Positions 1 through 10,442 are shown, counted from the stretch's first letter. The stretch is 32,172 nt of DNA from Gemmatimonadota bacterium (GCA_031372565.1 JANMLN010000150.1:1-32172); one strand, 5' to 3'. A program made the numbers and translations. The notes: generated by a model from the sequence alone, not told the origin.

Positions 1-1
1 C

Positions 2-517
2 CAGCGGCTCGTCTTCGACACCCTCCGCGCCGCCGGGATCGCGGCGGCTGATCTCTCGACCACGGACTACAGCGTGCAGCCAGAGCAGCGCTGGAACCAG
101 CAGAAGCAGCAGGCGGAGCTGATTGGCTACATCGTGCGAAACACGATTCGGGTGCGCATCCTGAACATCGAGCAAACCGGCAAGGTGATCGACGCGGCGC
201 TCTCCAAGGGCTCCAACCTGGTCAGTTCGCTCGAGTTGTACGCCTCCAACGTGGAAGCCGCGCGCCGCCAGGCGCTGGCGCAGGCGGTGGAACAGGCGCG
301 TGCCGACGCGGAGGTCATGGCCAAGGCGGCAGGAGGAACGATCGCCGGATTGATCGAGCTGAGCACCGCAGAGTCGGATCCGTCGCCGATGCCCCAAATG
401 CAGGTGATGTCGATGCGCGGCAAGGAGGCCGACTCCCCCGCCACGCCGATCGCTGGCGGGACCCAATCCCTCGTGACGCGGGTCCACACGCGCTGGCGGT
501 TCTCGCCGTCCAAGTGA
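2..517 (+). CDS. SIMPL/DUF541 (YggE/BP26-like) protein, 5'-truncated by window edge
   Basis: Frame is open from base 2 (QRLVFDTLRAAGIAAADLSTTDYSVQPEQRW). It carries SIMPL-type motifs GYIVRNTIRVRI, VIDAALSKGSN and ARRQALAQAVEQARADAEVMAKAAG. Confidence 0.85.
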   Translation, partial: QRLVFDTLRAAGIAAADLSTTDYSVQPEQRWNQQKQQAELIGYIVRNTIRVRILNIEQTGKVIDAALSKGSNLVSSLELYASNVEAARRQALAQAVEQARADAEVMAKAAGGTIAGLIELSTAESDPSPMPQMQVMSMRGKEADSPATPIAGGTQSLVTRVHTRWRFSPSK

Positions 518-551
518 GTTTTCCCCTTTTTCACATGTGGAATGGCGGGAG

Positions 552-567
552 TGTTTCACGTGAAACA
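552..567. promoter_or_regulatory. parS centromere site (TGTTTCACGTGAAACA)
   Basis: Perfect 16-bp palindrome matching the chromosomal parS consensus, 90 bp upstream of parA. It sits inside a longer imperfect inverted repeat (545-574). Confidence 0.95.
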
Positions 568-656
568 TCCCCGCGAGCATTCCAGGCGGCAACGCGTATA
601 TTCTCCCCCTCTCCCGCCGCGCTCCGCTGCGTGAGATCGCCCTTGCTCCGGCAGCA

Positions 657-1466
657 GTGACTCGGATCCTCGCGATCGCGAACCAGAAGGGTGGCGTCGG
701 CAAAACGACGACCGCCGTCAACCTCGCCGCCTCACTGGCGGTCGCCGAGCAGCGTGTGCTCCTTGTGGATGCCGATCCACAAGGAAATGCCACCAGCGGC
801 ATCGGCCTCCCGCGTGATCGCGTTGAGCTCACGACCTACGACGTGCTCATCGGCGAATGCTCGGCTGCCGATGCGATCGTCCGCGCGGTGCAGTTCCCCT
901 GCCTCGATGTCCTGCCCGCGACCCCGGACCTGGCCGGCGCTGAGATCGAGCTGGTTGGCGCCGCCGGACGTGAACACAAAATGCGCGACGCTTTAGCGAC
1001 ACTAAGGGGACAATATAACTACATCTTGATCGATTGCCCGCCTTCGCTTGGCCTTATCACCATCAACATGCTCTCGGCGGCGGACAATCTCCTTATCCCG
1101 CTGCAATGCGAGTATTACGCGCTCGAGGGGATCTCGCAGCTCCTCAACACGGTGCACGTGGTGCAGCAGTCCCTCAACGAACGGCTCGGCATTGAGGGGG
1201 TCCTCCTCACGATGTACGATGCGCGACTCAATCTCTCGCGCCAGGTCGCAGGCGACGCGCGCGAGTACTTCGGCAATCAGGTCTTCAAGGCCAGCATTCC
1301 GCGCAACGTTCGCTTGGCCGAAGCGCCGAGCTTCGGCAAGCCGATCATTCTGTACGATCTGCAGTCACCGGGGGCACAGGCGTACATGGATGTCGCGCGC
1401 GAACTGCTCGCCCGTGACGCCGCACGCGGTGACGCCGCCGCGCCTGCGGCTGGAGCGCCCGCATGA
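657..1466 (+). CDS. parA: Chromosome partitioning ATPase ParA/Soj
   Basis: Deviant Walker [12 protein letters not shown], plus [28 protein letters not shown] and [14 protein letters not shown]. Confidence 0.97.
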   Translation: MTRILAIANQKGGVGKTTTAVNLAASLAVAEQRVLLVDADPQGNATSGIGLPRDRVELTTYDVLIGECSAADAIVRAVQFPCLDVLPATPDLAGAEIELVGAAGREHKMRDALATLRGQYNYILIDCPPSLGLITINMLSAADNLLIPLQCEYYALEGISQLLNTVHVVQQSLNERLGIEGVLLTMYDARLNLSRQVAGDAREYFGNQVFKASIPRNVRLAEAPSFGKPIILYDLQSPGAQAYMDVARELLARDAARGDAAAPAAGAPA

Positions 1467-2449
1467 GCGCCGAAAAGCCTCGTCGGTTGGGACGCGGTCT
1501 CGAGGCCCTGTTGGGGGGCGCTTCAACGCCGGCGCGCGAAGGGAGTCGAGAAGGGAGCCGCGATGCATCGGCCGCAGCGGCAGCGCCGGCGGCTCCGCTG
1601 GAGTCACGCGGCACGCCGCTCAGTCTCCCGGTTGCCTCGATCCGGCCCAATCCGTTTCAACCGCGCCGAGAGTTCAAGCCGGAAGAACTCGCCGAGCTTG
1701 AGGCAAGTCTCAAGGCCAACGGCCTCTTGCAGCCGGTCACCGTGCGCGCCGTCGCGAACGAGCCGGGCCGCTATGAGTTGGTTGCGGGCGAACGTCGTCT
1801 TCGCGCCGCATCGCGTCTGGGGTGGACCGAGATCCCCGCGCTCCTGCGCGACTTCGACGACCGCGCGATGCTCACGCTCGCGTTGGTCGAGAACCTGCAG
1901 CGCGCGGACCTCAATCCCATCGATGAAGCGGTGGGGGTGCGCCGCCTCATCGAGGAGTTCGGGCTGACGCAGCAACAGGCGGCCGAGGTCCTGGGGAAGG
2001 ATCGCTCGACGATCGCGAACCTGATTCGCGTCCTCGCGCTTCCGGCTGGGGTGCAGTCGCTCATTGGAGGCGGCCAGCTCTCGCTCGGGCACGCGCGGGC
2101 GCTGCTGACCGTTGCAGACACGCGGCTGTTGCTGCAGCTCGCGAAGCAGGCGGTGGACGAGGCGTGGAGCGTGCGCGAAGTCGAGCGTCGCGCGCGCGAG
2201 GCGACCACGCGTGAGCCAAGCAAGGGCGGCCGACCGTCGCGCGACGCGACCCCGGCCGCCGGTCGCGAACCTTCAGCGGGGGCAGCCGTTCGTGAAGCGA
2301 GCGATGCGCTCCGGAAGTACTTGCAGACCCCAGCCGCCATCCAGCTCGACGCCAACGGCCGCGGCAATATCACGCTCAGCTTTTACTCGCAGGACGACCT
2401 CCAACGACTGCTCGAGCTGATCCTGCGCACCCGCTGGAGCACCGAATAG
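1463..2449 (+). CDS. parB: Chromosome partitioning protein ParB/Spo0J
   Basis: [21 protein letters not shown] (CTP-binding patch), [14 protein letters not shown] and an HTH (GKDRSTIAN). ATGA overlap with parA. Confidence 0.97.
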   Translation: MSAEKPRRLGRGLEALLGGASTPAREGSREGSRDASAAAAAPAAPLESRGTPLSLPVASIRPNPFQPRREFKPEELAELEASLKANGLLQPVTVRAVANEPGRYELVAGERRLRAASRLGWTEIPALLRDFDDRAMLTLALVENLQRADLNPIDEAVGVRRLIEEFGLTQQQAAEVLGKDRSTIANLIRVLALPAGVQSLIGGGQLSLGHARALLTVADTRLLLQLAKQAVDEAWSVREVERRAREATTREPSKGGRPSRDATPAAGREPSAGAAVREASDALRKYLQTPAAIQLDANGRGNITLSFYSQDDLQRLLELILRTRWSTE

Positions 2450-2495
2450 CGCTCGCTCGTGGTCGGAACGCATGTTTACACAAAGCGGGTAACTG

Positions 2496-2526
2496 TTGAC
2501 AGTCAAACCGCCTACCTCACTATCGT
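2496..2526 (+). promoter_or_regulatory. Putative sigma70 promoter of the ABC operon
   Basis: TTGACA at 2496-2501 and TATCGT at 2521-2526 (19-bp spacer, longer than ideal). The -35 element is part of the palindrome TTGAC-A-GTCAA. Confidence 0.45.
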
Positions 2527-2542
2527 AGCCAGAGTTCTGCAC

Positions 2543-3550
2543 ATGTGCATTCGACGTCTCGTTGCGCTCGCCGCTGTGGTGCTGACCGCCTGCGGCGGCC
2601 AGGAAAAGGCTGGTGACACCAAGGGCACCCCCGCGTCTGGGCTGCGCGTCGCGCTCCTCACGCCAGGTCCGATCTCGGATCAGGCCTGGAACGGCGGAGC
2701 GTATGCCGGGCTCATGCGCATCAAGGATTCGCTCGGGGCGCAGGTGAGCCATGTGCAGACCAAGGGACCACAGGACTTCGACGAAAACTTCCGCCAGTAC
2801 GGCGCGCAGGGATTCGACCTGGTCTTCGGCCATGGCTTTGAATTTCAGGAGGCGGCCACGCGCGTCGCAAAACAGTTCCCCAAGACTGTCTACATCACGA
2901 CGAGCGGACATACGCTCGGGGCGAATCTCGCCGGCATGGATTTCGCCTTTGAAGAAGGGGCCTATCTCGCCGGCATGGCCGCGGCCGCGGCCTCGAAGAC
3001 GGGCATTCTGGGCTGCATCGGCGGCGCCGAACTCCCCCCCGTGCGCGTGAGCTTCAAGGCATTCGAGCTCGGTGCCAAGTCGATCAACCCCAAGGTGCAG
3101 ATCCTCGTCGGGTACATCGGCAACTGGGACGACGTGTCGGCCGGCAAGGAGCAGGCGCTCGCCTTCATCGCGCGCGGCGCGGACGTCCTCTTCCAGAACG
3201 CGGACGCGGCCGGGCTTGGCATCATTCAAGCCGCGCGCGAACGCAAGGTGTACGCGATCGGCGCCAACTCGAACCAGAACGGCATCGCACCGGAAACGGT
3301 CCTTGGCTCTGTGGTCATCGACCTGCCCCATGCATTGCTCACCGTCGCGCGCGAAGTCCAGGAGAAGCGCTTCACCGCGCGCGTCATTGCACTCGGCATG
3401 AAGGACGACGTGGTCGCGTGGACGCCGAACCCGAAGCTGGTGTCGGTGGTGCCGCCGACCATCACCAAAGCCGTGGATTCCGTCGCGGCTGGCTTGCGCG
3501 CCCGCACGATCCGCCTTCCGGTCTCCGCATCGAGCGACTCGGGCAAGTAA
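2543..3550 (+). CDS. BMP-family ABC substrate-binding lipoprotein (nucleoside/purine type)
   Basis: Likely start is ATG 2543 (MCIRRLVALAAVVLTAC, lipobox LTAC). BMP motifs: GPISDQAWNGGAYAGL, FAFEEGAYLAGMAAA, YIGNWDD, GADVLFQNAD. Confidence 0.9.
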   Translation: MCIRRLVALAAVVLTACGGQEKAGDTKGTPASGLRVALLTPGPISDQAWNGGAYAGLMRIKDSLGAQVSHVQTKGPQDFDENFRQYGAQGFDLVFGHGFEFQEAATRVAKQFPKTVYITTSGHTLGANLAGMDFAFEEGAYLAGMAAAAASKTGILGCIGGAELPPVRVSFKAFELGAKSINPKVQILVGYIGNWDDVSAGKEQALAFIARGADVLFQNADAAGLGIIQAARERKVYAIGANSNQNGIAPETVLGSVVIDLPHALLTVAREVQEKRFTARVIALGMKDDVVAWTPNPKLVSVVPPTITKAVDSVAAGLRARTIRLPVSASSDSGK

Positions 3551-3556
3551 CCACGC

Positions 3557-4339
3557 ATGGCTGACGCGCTCTCCCTCGACCGTATCGCGCGGCACCTCGA
3601 CGAGGTGTTGCGCACGCGCGAGATCCCGGACTACCCGGGTGCGCTCAACGGTGTACAGCTGGACACCGATCGGCCGATCAGCCGGGTGGCGGTGGGGGTC
3701 GATGCGTCGCAGGCAGTGATTGCCGGGGCGATTGCCGCGGGGGCCGAGCTCCTCGTCGTGCACCACGGTCTCTTCTGGGGGGGCGCGCAGCGGATCGTGG
3801 GACCGATGCGCGCTCGGCTCAAGCCCGCGTTTGATGCCGGGCTCGCCATCTACGGAGCGCACCTCCCCCTCGACGCGCATCCCGAACTGGGCAACAACGT
3901 GCTCCTCGCCCGCGCGCTCGGGCTCGAGCCAACGGCCGGGTTCGGCCGCTACCAGACGATCTCCGTCGGCGTGAGCGGTACGAGCGACCTCGACACCAGC
4001 GCGTTGGTGGAACGCACGCGCGCGTACTCGCAGCAGGAGGGCGGTCAGCTGGTGGTCGCCGGCCCTGTGGCCGGCAAACGGACACGACGCTGGGCGCTGA
4101 TCACGGGCGCTGGTGCGTCCAGCGATTCGTTGCGCGAAGCGGCCGCACTCGGCGTCGATACGTTCATCACTGGCGAAGGCCCGCATCACACCGCGATCGA
4201 GGGACCGGAGCTTGGGATCACCATGCTCTATGCCGGCCACTACGCGACCGAGACGATCGGCGTGAAGGCGGTTGGTGCGCATCTCGAGCGCACCTTCGGG
4301 TTGCCGTGGAGCTTCATTCCGGCCCCGACCGGGCTGTGA
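3557..4339 (+). CDS. Nif3/YbgI-like dinuclear metal-centre protein
   Basis: DYPGALNGVQL, VHHGLFWG, HLPLDAHPELGNN, FITGE and AGHYATE motifs. Confidence 0.93.
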   Translation: MADALSLDRIARHLDEVLRTREIPDYPGALNGVQLDTDRPISRVAVGVDASQAVIAGAIAAGAELLVVHHGLFWGGAQRIVGPMRARLKPAFDAGLAIYGAHLPLDAHPELGNNVLLARALGLEPTAGFGRYQTISVGVSGTSDLDTSALVERTRAYSQQEGGQLVVAGPVAGKRTRRWALITGAGASSDSLREAAALGVDTFITGEGPHHTAIEGPELGITMLYAGHYATETIGVKAVGAHLERTFGLPWSFIPAPTGL

Positions 4340-5772
4340 CCGTTGCGGCCCTCGCGTTGGAGGGCATCACCAAACGATTCGGCGCGGTAACCGCGCTCGA
4401 CGATGCCTCCCTCACGGTGCGCGCCGGCACCGTGCACGCGCTGCTCGGTGAGAACGGGGCGGGGAAGAGCACCTTGATGCGCGTGGCCTTCGGCATGCTG
4501 GCTCCGGACCGCGGCACCGTGCGCGTTGCCGGCACCGCGCACACGTTCGCCACCGCGCGCGGCGCCATCGACACCGGACTCGGCATGGTGCACCAGCATT
4601 TCTCGCTGGTCCCCGCACTGACGGTCGCGGAGAATGTGGCGCTCGGTGGGCGGGGGCGGTTCGATCGCGCCGCGGTGGCGGCGTCGGTACGCGACATCGG
4701 CGCCGAGACCGGGCTGCTGTTGGATCCGGATGCGCGCGTCGCCACGCTGCCGGTGAGTGCGCAACAGCGGCTCGAGATCGTCAAGGCACTCTCGCGAAAG
4801 GCGCGCGTGCTGATCCTGGATGAGCCGACCGCCGTGCTGGCGCCGGACGAGGCGCGCGAGCTGCTCGCCTGGGTGAAGCGCTGGGCTGTGGGTGAGCGCG
4901 CGGCCGTGTTGATCACGCACCATCTCGCCGATGCCTTTGCGGTGGCCGACGACGTGACGGTGTTGCGTCGCGGTCGCACCGTGCTCGCGCGGGGCGTGGA
5001 CGGACTCACCGAGTCGGCGCTGGTGCAGGCGATGCTCGGGGAAGCGCTCACGGTGGCAAGCGGCGCACCGTCCGCTCACGATCGGACCGGCGCGCCCGTC
5101 CTTGCATTGGACCGCGCCACGGTCGTGGATGAGCGCGGCATCGAGCGACTGGCGCCGACCACGTGCGAGATCACTGCCGGCGAGATTGTCGGCGTGGCCG
5201 CGGTGGAAGGCGCCGGCCAGGCCGAGCTGCTTCGACTGCTGGCGGGACGGCTGCGTCCATCCTCGGGGCGTGCGACGGTGCCGCTGTCGGTGGGGTTCGT
5301 GCCTGCAGACCGGCATCGTGACGCCGTCGTCCTCGACATGCCGCTTGTGGAGAATCTGGCGCTCAAGGATGCCGCGCAGGCGCGGAGCTGGATGCCGTGG
5401 CCCGCGTTGCGGAGCGAGACCGACGCCCTGATGTCGCGCTTCGATGTGCGCGCGAACGGTCCCACGACGCCGATGCGCGCGTTGTCGGGCGGCAACCAGC
5501 AGAAGTTCGTACTCGGGCGCGAGCTCGCTGAGGGGCCGGTCGCGCTCGTGGTCGAGAATCCCACACGTGGGCTCGACATTCGGGCCACGGAGGAGGTGCG
5601 CTCGCGACTCCGCGCCGCGCGTGATGCCGGACTCGCCGTCGTGCTCTACTCGGAAGATCTTGACGAAGTGCTCGCGCTCGCGGATCGCGTGTTGGTCGTG
5701 CATGCAGGCCAGGTGCAGGCGATGCCGCCCGACCGCACGCGCGTGGGGCGCGCGATGCTGGGGGCCTCGTGA
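4336..5772 (+). CDS. ABC transporter ATP-binding protein (two NBDs, CUT2/nucleoside type)
   Basis: GTG 4336 overlaps the upstream stop. Walker A GENGAGKST, GMVHQHF, ILDEPTAVL, and a second domain with LSGGNQQK and NPTRGLD. Confidence 0.92.
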   Translation: MTVAALALEGITKRFGAVTALDDASLTVRAGTVHALLGENGAGKSTLMRVAFGMLAPDRGTVRVAGTAHTFATARGAIDTGLGMVHQHFSLVPALTVAENVALGGRGRFDRAAVAASVRDIGAETGLLLDPDARVATLPVSAQQRLEIVKALSRKARVLILDEPTAVLAPDEARELLAWVKRWAVGERAAVLITHHLADAFAVADDVTVLRRGRTVLARGVDGLTESALVQAMLGEALTVASGAPSAHDRTGAPVLALDRATVVDERGIERLAPTTCEITAGEIVGVAAVEGAGQAELLRLLAGRLRPSSGRATVPLSVGFVPADRHRDAVVLDMPLVENLALKDAAQARSWMPWPALRSETDALMSRFDVRANGPTTPMRALSGGNQQKFVLGRELAEGPVALVVENPTRGLDIRATEEVRSRLRAARDAGLAVVLYSEDLDEVLALADRVLVVHAGQVQAMPPDRTRVGRAMLGAS

Positions 5773-6809
5773 CATCGACCGCGATGCGCAGTGTGGCGCT
5801 CGTGCTCGCGCTCACCGCCATCGCGGTGGCGCTGCTCGCACTCATTCTCGGCGCCAGCGGAATGGACGTCGGGCGCGCCTTGCTGGCGCTCTCGCGCGGT
5901 GCGGCGGGTTCGTGGGATGCGGTGCTCTCGGGCACGCTCGTGCGCGCCACGCCGCTGCTCATCACCGGTCTCGCCATCACACTCGCCTTTCGCGCCGGGG
6001 TGCTCAACATCGGCGCCGAGGGCCAGTTGCTGATGGGGGCGGCGGCGGCGGCGGCCGTCGGACTCGCGTGGCCGGGGCTTGGGCTGCTTGCCGTACCGAC
6101 GCTGCTCGTGATCGGCGCGATCGCAGGCGGGGCCTGGGCCGCGATCGCCGCCGTGCTTCGCCTCCGCTTTGGCGTGCTGGAGGTGATCAGCACGCTCATG
6201 CTCAACTTCGTCGCACAGTACCTGTTGAGTTGGCTGGTGCGCGGTCCGCTGCAAGAGCCCCAGCACATCTATCCGCAGTCGGCGTCGTTGGCGGAGAGCG
6301 CGCGCCTGGCGACGCTGGTGCCCGGAACACGGTTGCACGCGGGGTTTTTGCTCGGCGTGCTGTTGGCGGGGATGCTGGCCATCGTCTTCGCGCGCACGGC
6401 GGCCGGCTTTCGCGTGCGGCTGGTCGGTGCGAATCCCGCGGCCGCGATCAGCGCCGGCCGCATCGATGCCGCGCGCGTCGCGTTCGGGGCGTTCGTGCTC
6501 AGCGGCGCATTGGCGGGACTGGCGGGAGCGGTCGAAGTCAGCGGCGTCACCTTTGCCCTCTACGAGAACCTGTCGCCCGGGTACGGGTTCAGCGCGATCG
6601 CGGTGGCGCTGCTCGCCCGATTGCATCCAGCTGGCGTGGTCGGAACGGCGACGCTCTTCGGTGCGCTCGAGGCTGGCGCTGTCGCCATGCAGCGTGACGC
6701 GGGGGTGCCGAGCGTGGTGGTGAGCGTCGTCGAGGCGGTGCTGATCCTGCTCGTCGTGGCGGCGGAACAGTGGCGGACGCGACGCGTGGCCGCGCAGGTC
6801 GGCGCCTGA
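5769..6809 (+). CDS. ABC transporter permease (nucleoside/sugar type)
   Basis: Multi-TM protein with FRAGVLNIGAEGQ, EVISTLMLNF and GYGFSAIAVALL. Confidence 0.92.
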   Translation: MTSTAMRSVALVLALTAIAVALLALILGASGMDVGRALLALSRGAAGSWDAVLSGTLVRATPLLITGLAITLAFRAGVLNIGAEGQLLMGAAAAAAVGLAWPGLGLLAVPTLLVIGAIAGGAWAAIAAVLRLRFGVLEVISTLMLNFVAQYLLSWLVRGPLQEPQHIYPQSASLAESARLATLVPGTRLHAGFLLGVLLAGMLAIVFARTAAGFRVRLVGANPAAAISAGRIDAARVAFGAFVLSGALAGLAGAVEVSGVTFALYENLSPGYGFSAIAVALLARLHPAGVVGTATLFGALEAGAVAMQRDAGVPSVVVSVVEAVLILLVVAAEQWRTRRVAAQVGA

Positions 6810-7723
6810 TGGCCGACGCGGTCGCAGCCTTCCTCGAAGGCACGGTCCGCACCGCGACGCCGCTCGCTCTTGCGGCGCTGGGCGAGGCAATCGTTGAACG
6901 TTCGGGGGTGATCAACATCGGCCTCGAGGGATCGATCATCGCGGGCGCGCTCGGCGCCGTGGTTGCCGCCAATGCGGCCGGAACGGGCGCAGGGCTGGCT
7001 GCCGCGTTGGTGGCCGGTGCAGCCGTGGCGGCCGTGTTCGCGCTGTTCGCCGTGCGCCTCAAGGCCGACCAGATCATCACCGGCACGGCGGTCACGCTGC
7101 TTGCACTTGGTCTGACCGGCACCCTGTATCGCACCGTGTTCGGGGCCGGAGGCGCTGCGCTGGGCACGCCGACGATTGGTCCGCTGGCGATTCCCGGACT
7201 GGCCGCGCTGCCGGTTGTGGGGGTCGCCCTGTTCGCGCAGCCCCTGACGACCTATCTCGCGATCGCCCTCGTGCCGGCCACCTGGTGGTGGCTCGAGCGC
7301 ACGCACGCGGGCCTCGCGCTCCGAGCCTGCGGCGAAAACCCGGCGGCCGCGCTCGCCGCAGGGATTGGCGTGGCGCGTGTGCAGGCCGCGGCTATCCTGT
7401 TCGGCGGTGCGCTCGGCGGAATCGCGGGTGGGACGCTCGTGCTGGCGCAGGCGGGCACGTTCGTCGAAGGGATGTCGGCCGGTCGAGGGTTCATCGCGAT
7501 CGCGATCGTTGTGCTGGGTCGGTGGCAACCCATTGGCGTGGGGGTGGCGGCGCTGCTCTTTGGCGCGGCCAGCGCGCTGCAGTTCGCCTTTCAGGGCATG
7601 GGGTGGCAACTGCCGTACCAGCTCTTTCTCGCGACGCCGTACGTGCTCACGTTGGTCGCGCTGGCCGCGGCGCGCTCGCGCTTTGCGGCGCCGGCCGCCT
7701 TGGGCAAGCCGGTCGAGTCGTAG
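6809..7723 (+). CDS. ABC transporter permease (second subunit)
   Basis: ATG 6809 overlaps the upstream TGA. Motifs ERSGVINIGLEG, GLALRACGENP, MSAGRGFIAIAIVVLGRW and PYVLTL. Confidence 0.92.
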   Translation: MADAVAAFLEGTVRTATPLALAALGEAIVERSGVINIGLEGSIIAGALGAVVAANAAGTGAGLAAALVAGAAVAAVFALFAVRLKADQIITGTAVTLLALGLTGTLYRTVFGAGGAALGTPTIGPLAIPGLAALPVVGVALFAQPLTTYLAIALVPATWWWLERTHAGLALRACGENPAAALAAGIGVARVQAAAILFGGALGGIAGGTLVLAQAGTFVEGMSAGRGFIAIAIVVLGRWQPIGVGVAALLFGAASALQFAFQGMGWQLPYQLFLATPYVLTLVALAAARSRFAAPAALGKPVES

Positions 7724-7732
7724 CGGTCGTCG

Positions 7733-8668
7733 CTACCGAGCCCGCCCGTCGCACGCGGGCGGCGGACTGCTGCGCCACCGGGAGCGCCAGGCACCGACGG
7801 AGTCGCGCGCGACGAACTCCACCCAGCCACCGGCTGGCGCGTCGTGTCCCGTGACCAGCGTCGGCCAGGGATCGGCGCCCAACCATGCGACGGCGAGCGC
7901 CTCGATCGCTTCGACCGTTTCTTCCGTTCCCTGCGCGCGCGCCCACCAGGTCACGCGCCAGCGCGATGGCGGAGCCGAGTCGCGCTCGGCCACGATCAGG
8001 ACGCGCTCCTCGAACGGATTCGCTTCCTGTGCGACGCGCCGATGCACTTCCGCCACGACGCCACGCCCGCCCGGCGCAGGCGCGAAGGTCCAGGCGCCGC
8101 GCACCGAGAAGGGCAGTCCGCGATAGCGCGGCACGGTGTCGTCGGGCAGGGCGGAGAGGAGTCGGGCGAGATCGGCGACAAGCGCCGAGGAGTCCGCGCG
8201 TGGGATACGCTCGAGTGAATCGAGCGACACCGTGCGCGCGACCCCAGGCGCGAAAGCGACCGACCAGCGCGTCGAATCGGCAGGACCATCGCGGAGCGCG
8301 AGCCGCACGCGTGGCCAGCCGCAGCTCGCAGGGCGCACGGGGGTGAGCGTCGCGGTGCCCACGCGGCCACCGCGGCCGAAGAGCTCGACGCGCAGCGCAC
8401 TGCCTTGCGGAATCCCGGAGGCAATCGGCGCCAACGTGTCGGGCGGCACCTCGGTGCCCTCGGTGCTCTCGTCGCCGGCAAGCAGCACGAATGCGCCATC
8501 GGTGGCGCGCCACGAGATCGTCACGGCTGCCGCGGCCGAGTCGACCCGTGGCGAGACCACCGACTCGACGGTAACGTTGGCCCGCGGGGCGGGTTTCCGC
8601 TCGCACGCGGCCGCCGGCACCAGCGCCCCGAGCGCGCCGAACATGATCACCCGCCGACGTAATGCCAT
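7733..8668 (-). CDS. Hypothetical exported protein, probable lipoprotein
   Basis: ATG 8668 gives MALRRRVIMFGALGALVPAAAC (basic N-region, hydrophobic core, Cys). It fills the gap between the convergent ABC operon and the divergent MFS gene. No family recognised. Confidence 0.65.
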   Translation of the reverse strand: MALRRRVIMFGALGALVPAAACERKPAPRANVTVESVVSPRVDSAAAAVTISWRATDGAFVLLAGDESTEGTEVPPDTLAPIASGIPQGSALRVELFGRGGRVGTATLTPVRPASCGWPRVRLALRDGPADSTRWSVAFAPGVARTVSLDSLERIPRADSSALVADLARLLSALPDDTVPRYRGLPFSVRGAWTFAPAPGGRGVVAEVHRRVAQEANPFEERVLIVAERDSAPPSRWRVTWWARAQGTEETVEAIEALAVAWLGADPWPTLVTGHDAPAGGWVEFVARDSVGAWRSRWRSSPPPACDGRAR

Positions 8669-8721
8669 GGTGCGAAATCTCGCGCCCGCACCGCGGCGGT
8701 CAACGAGGGCAGTCGGTGACC

Positions 8722-10086
8722 ATGGCAGTAGCGGACAAGACGGCTCCGGCCGCATGGCTTGCGCGCATCGGGTTGGGGACGCGTGAACGACAGGGCTGGG
8801 CATTGTTCGACTGGGCCGTGTCGTCGATGCAGACCACCGTCATGGTGGCGGTCTTCCCGATCTATTTCGTCAAGGTGGCGAGTGCCAACCGCGACGCGTC
8901 ACAGGCAACAGCGGCGCTTGCCAATGTGAACGCGATCGCGCTCGTGATCATGACACTGCTGTCGCCACCGCTCGGCGCCGTCGCCGATTACTTCGCCATC
9001 AAGAAGCGGCTGCTGTTCGTGTTCATGGTGATCGGGGTGCTCGCCTGCGGCGGCATGTTCTTCATCGAACGCGGCGACGCCACGCTGGCGTGGTGGCTCT
9101 TCCTGTTCGCGCTCGTTGGCGGCACCGGTTGCATGGTGCCGTACGAAGGACTCCTGCCGCATATCGCGCCCCCCGAGGACGTGGACCGGGTGTCGACGGC
9201 GGGATACGCGCTGGGCTACGTGGGCGGTGGTGTGCTGCTGGCGATCAACCTCGCGTGGATCCAGAAGCCGGAGTGGTTCGGGTTGCCGCACGGTGATGGC
9301 CTCACCGCTTCGCAGGCCACGTTGCCCGCTCGGCTCGCCTTCCTGTCGGTCGCCACCTGGTGGGCGCTGTTCACCATTCCGGTGTTGCGCTGGGTACGGG
9401 AGCCCAAGCGCTCGCGCGAGGCCGACGAAGGGGTGGCCTGGTCCTGGAGCGAGCCGTTTCGCCGGATGCGCGAGACCTTTCGCGAGCTGCGGAGCTACCG
9501 CAACCTGTTCCTGATGCTGCTGGCCTTCATGCTGTACAACGACGGCATCCAGACCATCATCAAGATGGCCACCGCGTACGGCACCGAGATCGGGATTCCC
9601 TCGGGGGCGCTGATCGGTGCGATTCTCGTGGTCCAGTTCGTCGGGATCCCCTGCACCTTCATGTGGGGAGCGATCGCCAACCGGATCGGCGCCAAGCGGG
9701 CGGTCTTCATCGGCCTCGTGGTATACACGGTCATCGCCATCATCGGCTACTTCATGACCACCGCCACGCACTTTCTCATCCTGTCTGGCCTGGTCGGGCT
9801 CGTGCAGGGCGGCACGCAGGCGCTCTCGCGTTCGCTGTATTCGAGCATGGTGCCGCCCCACAAGTCGGGCGAGTTCTTCGGCTTCTTTTCCGTGTTCGAG
9901 AAGTTTGCGGGCATCTTCGGCCCGGCGCTCTTCTCGCTCGTGATCGCATTCACGGGCACGAGCCGCGGTGCGATCATCTCGGTGATCGTGTTTTTCATTG
10001 CCGGGGCGCTCGTGCTGGCGCGCGTCAACGTCGCCGACGGGCAGGCAGCCGCGCGTGCGGCAGAGACGGGGGTCCGCGCCGTCTAG
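8722..10086 (+). CDS. MFS transporter (UMF1/YxiO/Atg22-like)
   Basis: WALFDWA, SPPLGAVADY, DRVSTAGYALGYVGG, YNDGIQT, GGTQALSRS and GEFFGFF motifs, with about 12 TM segments. Likely start ATG 8722. Confidence 0.9.
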   Translation: MAVADKTAPAAWLARIGLGTRERQGWALFDWAVSSMQTTVMVAVFPIYFVKVASANRDASQATAALANVNAIALVIMTLLSPPLGAVADYFAIKKRLLFVFMVIGVLACGGMFFIERGDATLAWWLFLFALVGGTGCMVPYEGLLPHIAPPEDVDRVSTAGYALGYVGGGVLLAINLAWIQKPEWFGLPHGDGLTASQATLPARLAFLSVATWWALFTIPVLRWVREPKRSREADEGVAWSWSEPFRRMRETFRELRSYRNLFLMLLAFMLYNDGIQTIIKMATAYGTEIGIPSGALIGAILVVQFVGIPCTFMWGAIANRIGAKRAVFIGLVVYTVIAIIGYFMTTATHFLILSGLVGLVQGGTQALSRSLYSSMVPPHKSGEFFGFFSVFEKFAGIFGPALFSLVIAFTGTSRGAIISVIVFFIAGALVLARVNVADGQAAARAAETGVRAV

Positions 10087-10442
10087 TCCGACGCGCGGTC
10101 GGCAGCGCTGAGCGGCATCACGTCGGCGCGCGGCGGAAGAAAGTCGCCCACGAGATCCCAGTGCCAGGCCTCGCGTCGCTCCCCCGTGCGCGGGTCCTTG
10201 AGCGGCTTGTGCTGCAGACGGCGCGCCGGCAGCCCCGCCTGTCGCCCCCACGCGAGCAGACGCTCCCGATCGGTGCTCACCAGGTGCGCCATCGGGTGTC
10301 CGCGCCAGATGTGGCGGTGCAACCAGAGTCCGCCGTCCATTGCGTGGATCATCCCCTCACGTCGTCGCACGAACTCGCGCCACGGGGGTGGTCCGTCGCC
10401 GAGCGACTCGGCGCGCGCGCGGGGGGGCGCCTCGCGACTCAA
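10083..10442 (-). CDS. DUF4031-like small protein
   Basis: AHLVSTDRERLLAWGRQAGL...WHWDL resembles the DUF4031 pattern (HLxSD...H[YW]DL). Start uncertain (TTG 10442). Confidence 0.65.
   Translation of the reverse strand: MSREAPPRARAESLGDGPPPWREFVRRREGMIHAMDGGLWLHRHIWRGHPMAHLVSTDRERLLAWGRQAGLPARRLQHKPLKDPRTGERREAWHWDLVGDFLPPRADVMPLSAADRASD

Noticed and set aside
527..544. Second parS (TTTTTCACATGTGGAATG)
   Set aside because: The core is CACATGTG rather than CACGTG and the arms mismatch, so it is too degenerate to call.
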